Shown one piece after another: positions 58,297-64,000 of a DNA stretch of 64,000 nt (position 1 is the stretch's first letter; every line of letters begins with the position of its first letter). The stretch comes from an uncultured Bacillales bacterium (GTDB taxonomy: Bacteria; Bacillota_I; Bacilli_A; RFN20; CAG-449). Location: the NCBI GenBank assembly GCA_946641515.1, contig CAMPBT010000003.1, forward strand, positions 140,120-204,119, read 5' to 3'. Position numbers and translations under genes: made by a program. Under the pieces are notes generated by a model, which saw only the letters and a list, made by a program, of their open reading frames with translations, made no database searches and was not told the DNA's origin.

Positions 58297-60366
58297 CTAC
58301 TTTGCTTGTTTCTTAATGATTTCTTCCTGAATGAATTTTGGACATTCAGCGTAGTGATCCATTTCCATTGTGTAGTTGCCACGGCCCTTTGTCATAGATC
58401 TTAAATCTGTAACGTAACCGAACATATTTGCAAGTGGAACGAATGCATCGATAACTTGAGCATTACCTCTTTCTGTTTGACCTTGGATTTCACCACGTCT
58501 TGCAGAAACATCACCCATGATATCGCCTAAGTATTCAGATGGAACTGTAACTTCGACTTTCATGATTGGTTCGAGGATAACTGGATCACACTTTCTTGCA
58601 GCTTCTTTAAGTGCTAAAGATGCAGCAACTTTATATGCAGCTTCTGAAGAGTCAACATCATGGTATGAACCATCGAATAATGTTGCCTTAATGTCAATGA
58701 CTGGGAAGCCTGCGACTAAACCTCTATCTAATGATTCTTTTAAACCATCAGCTGTTGGTTTGATGAATTCTCTTGGAACTGTACCACCGACAATTGCATC
58801 GACGAATTCGAAGCCTTTGCCTGGGTTTGGTTCGAATCTAACCCATACGTGACCATATTGACCATGACCACCAGATTGTTTAATGTATTTACCTTCACAT
58901 TCTGCTGCTTTACGGATTGTTTCTCTGTATGCAACTTGTGGAGCACCGACGTTAACGTCGACTTTGAATTCATCTCTTAATCTAGTAACCATAACATCGA
59001 GGTGAAGTTCACCGACACCACCGATGATGTGTTGGCCTGTTTCCTGGTTTGTTGTGAAACGGAATGTTGGGTCTTCTTCTTGTAACTTGATTAATCCGAG
59101 TGTCATCTTTTCGAGGTCAGCTTTTGATTTTGGTTCAATAGCTTCTGAGATAACTGGATCAGAGAATTTGATTGCTTCAAGGATAACTTCGTGTTCTTCA
59201 TCACAAAGTGTATCACCTGTTGTTGTTGATTTTAAGCCGATAGCTGCGCCGATATCACCAGCGTATACTTCTTCAACTTCTTCTCTCTTGATTGAGTTCA
59301 TGATAACTAATCTTGAGAATCTTTCTTTAACACCCTTAGTTGAGTTTAAAACATATGAGCCAGCTTTTGCTGTACCAGAGTAAACTCTGAAGAATGCTAA
59401 TTTACCAACGAATGGGTCTGTCATGATCTTGAATGCTAATGCAGCGAATGGTGCATTATCATCTGGAATGCATTTAACTTCGTTACCTGCTTCATCATGA
59501 GCTGTAGCGTGGTCAATATCTACTGGAGAAGGTAAGTAGTCAACAACTGCGTCGAGTAATGGCTGGATACCTTTGTTCTTGTAAGCTGAACCACATAATA
59601 CTGGGAAGAATTCTGCTGTTAAAACAGCTTTTCTAATAGTTTTTTTGATTTCTTCAACTGATAATTCTTCACCATCGAGATACTTCATCATGAAGTCATC
59701 ATCGTAGTTAGCGAGTTTTTCAATTAAGAATTCTCTTAATTCTTCAACTCTTGCTTTGTATTCTTCTGGAACTTCTACTACAGTTGGGTGTTCACCTTTT
59801 GCATCAGAGAAGATATAACCTTTTCTTTCAACAATATCGATTACACCTTTTAACTGAGATTCAAGTCCAATAGGGTACTGAATTGGAGCTGCAGTAACGC
59901 CTAATTTATCATGAATTGATTTCCAAGACATTTCGAAGTCAGCGCCGATAGCATCTAACTTATTAACAAAGACAATTCTTGGAACATTGTACTTTGTAGC
60001 CTGTCTCCAGACTGTTTCTGTTTGAGGTTCTACACCTGATTTACCGTCAAGAACTGTAACAGCACCATCGAGTACACGAAGGGAACGTTCAACTTCAGCT
60101 GTGAAGTCGACGTGGCCTGGAGTATCGATTAAGTTGATTCTGTGTTCTTTCCAGAAGCAAGTTGTAGCAGCAGAAGTAATTGTAATACCTCTGTCTTGTT
60201 CCTGCTTCATCCAGTCCATAGTTGCTGTACCATCGTGAGTTTCACCAATCTTATAGACTTTACCTGTGTAGAAAAGGATACGTTCTGAACATGTTGTTTT
60301 ACCAGCATCAATGTGAGCCATGATACCGATGTTACGAGTTTTTGTGATATCGTACTGACGTGCCAT
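58297..60366 (-). CDS. fusA: Elongation factor G
   Basis: [31 protein letters not shown]. Confidence 0.99.
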   Translation of the reverse strand: MARQYDITKTRNIGIMAHIDAGKTTCSERILFYTGKVYKIGETHDGTATMDWMKQEQDRGITITSAATTCFWKEHRINLIDTPGHVDFTAEVERSLRVLDGAVTVLDGKSGVEPQTETVWRQATKYNVPRIVFVNKLDAIGADFEMSWKSIHDKLGVTAAPIQYPIGLESQLKGVIDIVERKGYIFSDAKGEHPTVVEVPEEYKARVEELREFLIEKLANYDDDFMMKYLDGEELSVEEIKKTIRKAVLTAEFFPVLCGSAYKNKGIQPLLDAVVDYLPSPVDIDHATAHDEAGNEVKCIPDDNAPFAALAFKIMTDPFVGKLAFFRVYSGTAKAGSYVLNSTKGVKERFSRLVIMNSIKREEVEEVYAGDIGAAIGLKSTTTGDTLCDEEHEVILEAIKFSDPVISEAIEPKSKADLEKMTLGLIKLQEEDPTFRFTTNQETGQHIIGGVGELHLDVMVTRLRDEFKVDVNVGAPQVAYRETIRKAAECEGKYIKQSGGHGQYGHVWVRFEPNPGKGFEFVDAIVGGTVPREFIKPTADGLKESLDRGLVAGFPVIDIKATLFDGSYHDVDSSEAAYKVAASLALKEAARKCDPVILEPIMKVEVTVPSEYLGDIMGDVSARRGEIQGQTERGNAQVIDAFVPLANMFGYVTDLRSMTKGRGNYTMEMDHYAECPKFIQEEIIKKQAK

Positions 60367-60381
60367 AACTTTATCTCCTTA

Positions 60382-60852
60382 TTACCATCTGTAGTGTGCG
60401 TAAGCCTTGTTAGCTTCTGCCATTTTGTGTGTATCTTCTCTCTTCTTAACTGAAGCGCCTGTACCGTTAGCTGCATCGATGATTTCTGCTGCTAATTTGT
60501 CTTCCATTGACTTTTCGTTTCTGAGTCTTGCGTAACCGACTAACCATCTGAGGCCTAAAGTTACTCTACGTTCTGCTGAAACTTCAACTGGAACTTGGTA
60601 GTTAGCTGCACCAACTCTTCTAACTTTTAATTCAAGAGCTGGCATAATGTTTCCGATAGCAATTTCGAAAACTTCCATAGCTGGTTTTCCTGTTTTTGCT
60701 TCAATCTTGTTGAATGCATTGTATAAGATAGTTTGAGCTGTACCTCTCTTGCCATCTAACATAATTCTATTGATTAAACGTGTTACTAATTTTGAATTGT
60801 AAATTGGATCTGGTAACACATCGCGTTTTGCGACTTTTCCTTTACGTGGCAT
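60382..60852 (-). CDS. rpsG: 30S ribosomal protein S7
   Basis: [31 protein letters not shown]. Confidence 0.99.
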   Translation of the reverse strand: MPRKGKVAKRDVLPDPIYNSKLVTRLINRIMLDGKRGTAQTILYNAFNKIEAKTGKPAMEVFEIAIGNIMPALELKVRRVGAANYQVPVEVSAERRVTLGLRWLVGYARLRNEKSMEDKLAAEIIDAANGTGASVKKREDTHKMAEANKAYAHYRW

Positions 60853-60916
60853 AAAAATCCTCCTTTCAAATATTTATAATTTATAGATTTTTTCCGTATT
60901 TAATGTTTTTTGCTAA

Positions 60917-61336
60917 TTACTTAGCTGCTTTTGGTTTTTTAGCACCATAGAGTGATCTTGACTGTTTTCTGTCAGCGACACCTGCGCAGTCTAAAGTACC
61001 TCTGATAACATGGTATCTAACACCTGGTAAATCCTTAACACGGCCACCACGAATTAATACAGTTGAGTGTTCCTGTAAGTTGTGTCCTTCTCCACCGATG
61101 TAAGCAGTGACTTCGAAACCGTTTGATAATCTGACTCTGCAGTATTTTCTTAAAGCTGAGTTAGGTTTCTTTGGAGTCATTGTGCCAACACGAGTGCAAA
61201 CACCTCTCTTCTGAGCTGATGCTTGGTTTGTTGTTCTCTTTGTTAATGAGTTCCAACGTTTGTTTAATGCTGGTGACTTAGATTTTTCAATTGCGCTTGT
61301 ACGTCCATTACGAACTAATTGGTTAATTGTAGGCAT
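60917..61336 (-). CDS. rpsL: 30S ribosomal protein S12 (start ATG 61336)
   Basis: [29 protein letters not shown]. Confidence 0.99.
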   Translation of the reverse strand: MPTINQLVRNGRTSAIEKSKSPALNKRWNSLTKRTTNQASAQKRGVCTRVGTMTPKKPNSALRKYCRVRLSNGFEVTAYIGGEGHNLQEHSTVLIRGGRVKDLPGVRYHVIRGTLDCAGVADRKQSRSLYGAKKPKAAK

Positions 61337-61578
61337 GAAATAATCTCCTTTCTTCAATAAAGTCTTGCTTGCCAACGAACCCGGGTGTTCACATCATCTT
61401 CTAAAAAAATGGATGCTAAGCATCATGAACACAGTGCCCGTGGCACATGCGGAATAATCATAATATAAATCTTATTAAAAGTGCAAGCACAAAATTTAAA
61501 AATAAAACATCTTTTTGGAACGCCTGGGTGTGTGCGTTTGTGCAAAAAGATGCTTAATTATTATATAATTAAATTATG

Positions 61579-62631
61579 CTAGATACATCCGTTACAAAAA
61601 TTAATAATTTTACTCATTAATTCTTCATTTAGTTCATATAATTTATCGTAATCTAGTTCGTCATAGAACTTCTTGAGAACGTCACGAGGAACGTTGTCTT
61701 TATATTCACCTTGAAGTCTACCTAAATCATCATTTGTAGATGCATCATACTTAGATGCTTCTAAAGATAAGACTGGTTTAGAGCCTACTTCAGGTAAAGA
61801 TTCAAATTTAAATCCTTCTTTATTTTCAAATACATCCTTAAAGACAAAATAGTTAGTATTGAAGTTAACCATTTGATCTTCTTCACCTGCAATGATATAG
61901 AAAGGAATATTACTTTGATCAAGAGATTCTAGAGAAGAATATTTACAATAATCTTTAAATCTAGACTTAATAATTGATTTAAATGCTCTAAAAATAATCT
62001 TTTGTCTCATTGAAGTTAACTTAGTAACCATTTCATACATATAAGACGCGTCATTATTAAATGGAGCAAGTGCAACTACGCCTTTAACACATGGATGATT
62101 TAAAGCAGTTACATTAATAGAAGCGTACGCTCCCATACAGTGTCCATATAAAACTACAGGTAAAGATTTTAATTCATCATTAGATTCTACATATTTTAAG
62201 CAATAATCTAAATCAATAAGAGCCTGAGTTTGACCTCCAAATGTTTCTCCATCTGATTCATTACATCCCTTATCATCAAAAGCTAAGACTTTATACCCTG
62301 CTTTAGCAAAATAAGAAATTTCTTTCATATAAGGTAAATGTCCCGCACCAATATCATGAGAAACAATTAATAGACCTTTATATTCGTTTACTTCTTTATC
62401 AGTAAAGATATGTCCTCTTAATATAGTTCCATCTAAAGTATTAAATTCAATCTTTTCATCATTAAGATTTAATTCATCAGCAGTAAAATATTTTAATGTC
62501 TGGTTATCATTAAATCTTTTATCAAAACTTCTTTTATAGACAGTTTTAGTAAAACGAATCATTAAAAAGAACGCTAAAAGAAAGACAAACAAAATTATTC
62601 CTATAACAATTAAAATAGTTTGCCACTGCAT
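61579..62631 (-). CDS. Membrane-anchored alpha/beta hydrolase
   Basis: N-terminal TM, AFDDKGCNESDG, GHCMGA elbow (Cys at the nucleophile position), AGEEDQMV. Confidence 0.8.
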   Translation of the reverse strand: MQWQTILIVIGIILFVFLLAFFLMIRFTKTVYKRSFDKRFNDNQTLKYFTADELNLNDEKIEFNTLDGTILRGHIFTDKEVNEYKGLLIVSHDIGAGHLPYMKEISYFAKAGYKVLAFDDKGCNESDGETFGGQTQALIDLDYCLKYVESNDELKSLPVVLYGHCMGAYASINVTALNHPCVKGVVALAPFNNDASYMYEMVTKLTSMRQKIIFRAFKSIIKSRFKDYCKYSSLESLDQSNIPFYIIAGEEDQMVNFNTNYFVFKDVFENKEGFKFESLPEVGSKPVLSLEASKYDASTNDDLGRLQGEYKDNVPRDVLKKFYDELDYDKLYELNEELMSKIINFCNGCI

Positions 62632-62645
62632 ATTCTTTCTCCTTT

Positions 62646-64000
62646 TTATTTATTAATAGTATAATTAATTTCATTAGTTTCTACATTTAATCTAAATACT
62701 ATTTTATCTCCGACTTTTACAGCTTCTGGGAATGTTGAATTTCCTTTATTTTCAATTAATTTGTTATTTGCAAAATCAATTGAATAATTATTAGGCTTCC
62801 ATTCATTAGGATATGTACCAATTTTTATTTCAAATGTAGAAATATTTGTGCCATTAACTACTTTATTTTTTGTACTATAAACAGTTAATGAAGCTTCATA
62901 AATATCGCCATCTTTTTTTACAAAGTGACACTGTTCATCATTTCCACCCCAAGAATTAAATGACCCTCTTAATTCAAGTCTATTCACATCTGAAATAGAC
63001 ACATTTAAGTTTACTTCATCTTCATTATCATTAGTAGTATTATCTACTTTCATACCTAGCGCTTTTTTAGTAGTAACTAACTTCGCATTAATATAATTTT
63101 CAAAAGTTAAATTATGTTTATCCGCTTCACTACTAACATCAATAGTAGGATAACTTGCCTTAATCTTATTTTCGTAGGCATTAAATGTTTCAACATTAAC
63201 CCAAGATGAATCTAAGATAGTTTTGATAAATTCAGTATATAAGCTATTACATTCAGTACCATTAGTTAAGATTGTCTTAGTTAATAAAGGATTACGTAAT
63301 TTATTATTTGAAGAATCTTTGTCATCGTAAGGTCCAATATCTTTTAAACCATTACCACGTGGATTATATCCATTAGTAATTCCCCAAGAACGGTCATTAT
63401 CAATAGGAATAATAACCATCTTGCCATCAGTTCTACGGAAATAGAATTGATAATTGTTGTAATTATTTCTAAGAGAATCTGGATTTCCAACAAAATAAGA
63501 TACTGCTTCTTCTACCGCTAAATATTCTAAATCTACAACATTAGAAATATCGTTATATGTTCCTTTATTAAATAAAGTAATCGCAGTTCTTAATAAATCA
63601 TCATTATATGTAGCATCAGTATTAGTCTTTCTTTCATAAGTAGGAATATAAGTTCCAGAATTATTTTTTATACCAATTCTGCTACCAGCAATGGAGTTTA
63701 AAGTCATATCCGCTCCTGAATTAGAAGCACCTTCTCCAACACCCCAAGAAGCTTTATAATAATCTCCATATTTAGCATCAGGTACTCCATATGTACCTTT
63801 GTTTTCTTGTTTCCAAGTAGGCATATTGATGAAGCCACCTTCATCTTTTAATGATCTTTTAATTAATGATTTACTTGCACTTTCAAATAATGTACATAGC
63901 CCAAAATCATTAACATATCCATCTTCTTGGTTAATTTTCATTGTAGTTAAACCAATATGTTGTGCGATAACTCCTGATGCCCTATATAAATAAGAAGAAT
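62646..64000 (-). CDS. CotH kinase-family protein with C-terminal carbohydrate-binding-like module (runs off right edge)
   Basis: Frame is open to the window end: YLYRASGVIAQHIGL...GLCTLFE, PDSLRNNYNNYQFY, IPIDNDRSWG; C-terminal LRGSFNSW. Confidence 0.75.
   Translation of the reverse strand, partial: SSYLYRASGVIAQHIGLTTMKINQEDGYVNDFGLCTLFESASKSLIKRSLKDEGGFINMPTWKQENKGTYGVPDAKYGDYYKASWGVGEGASNSGADMTLNSIAGSRIGIKNNSGTYIPTYERKTNTDATYNDDLLRTAITLFNKGTYNDISNVVDLEYLAVEEAVSYFVGNPDSLRNNYNNYQFYFRRTDGKMVIIPIDNDRSWGITNGYNPRGNGLKDIGPYDDKDSSNNKLRNPLLTKTILTNGTECNSLYTEFIKTILDSSWVNVETFNAYENKIKASYPTIDVSSEADKHNLTFENYINAKLVTTKKALGMKVDNTTNDNEDEVNLNVSISDVNRLELRGSFNSWGGNDEQCHFVKKDGDIYEASLTVYSTKNKVVNGTNISTFEIKIGTYPNEWKPNNYSIDFANNKLIENKGNSTFPEAVKVGDKIVFRLNVETNEINYTINK

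Noticed and set aside
929-60476. Many short antisense or out-of-frame ORFs in the track (for example 2748-3119, 5899-6405, 27642-28295, 57269-57895)
   Set aside because: They lie wholly within well-supported genes, lack RBSs or motifs, and are expected shadows of strong codon bias
60917-61336. Streptomycin-resistance changes in S12
   Set aside because: The TPKKPNS and RVKDLPG motifs are wild type
1-64000. CRISPR array, rRNA genes, prophage or integrase
   Set aside because: No regularly spaced direct repeats, rRNA-like sequence or phage/integrase genes were seen by eye
1-64000. UGA-as-Trp genetic code, as in many Mollicutes
   Set aside because: Long conserved genes translate intact in the standard code with Trp as TGG, so there is no evidence for recoding

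Overview
AT-rich bacterial chromosome window that reads in the standard genetic code. It most likely comes from an uncultured Mollicutes-related Bacilli lineage (inference from the Mollicute-type L11 N-terminus, RpoB His526Asn and Firmicutes-type gene order). Almost all genes are on the minus strand. Two housekeeping blocks (sigH-like/rpmG/secE/nusG/rplKAJL/rpoB/rpoC at left; rpsL/rpsG/fusA/tuf at right) flank a metabolic and accessory middle. The middle holds a TldD/PmbA plus carboxypeptidase operon, a uracil-type permease, tyrS with a Tyr T-box, a glycerol-3-phosphate dehydrogenase-like trio, an AbiE toxin-antitoxin pair, PFOR, galU, tRNA-Lys(CTT) with IS66 and RhuM debris, udk, and an ABC importer operon ending in a thermonuclease lipoprotein. 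The most interesting signals are non-coding or degenerate: (1) a 35-codon U-rich leader ORF whose stop codon overlaps the terminator in front of uraA, resembling E. coli rph-pyrE/pyrBI UTP attenuation rather than PyrR control; (2) a sigma-A promoter with two CIRCE operators driving a ~150-nt structured RNA with no gene; (3) a guanine-type purine riboswitch followed by two terminators and no purine gene; (4) an HPRT homologue that has lost its PRPP/Mg2+ motifs; (5) a His15-less HPr with a set of cre-like sites; and (6) a probable nucleic-acid-scavenging lipoprotein system. No CRISPR array or rRNA was seen. All structure and homology calls were made by eye, with no folding or database search.
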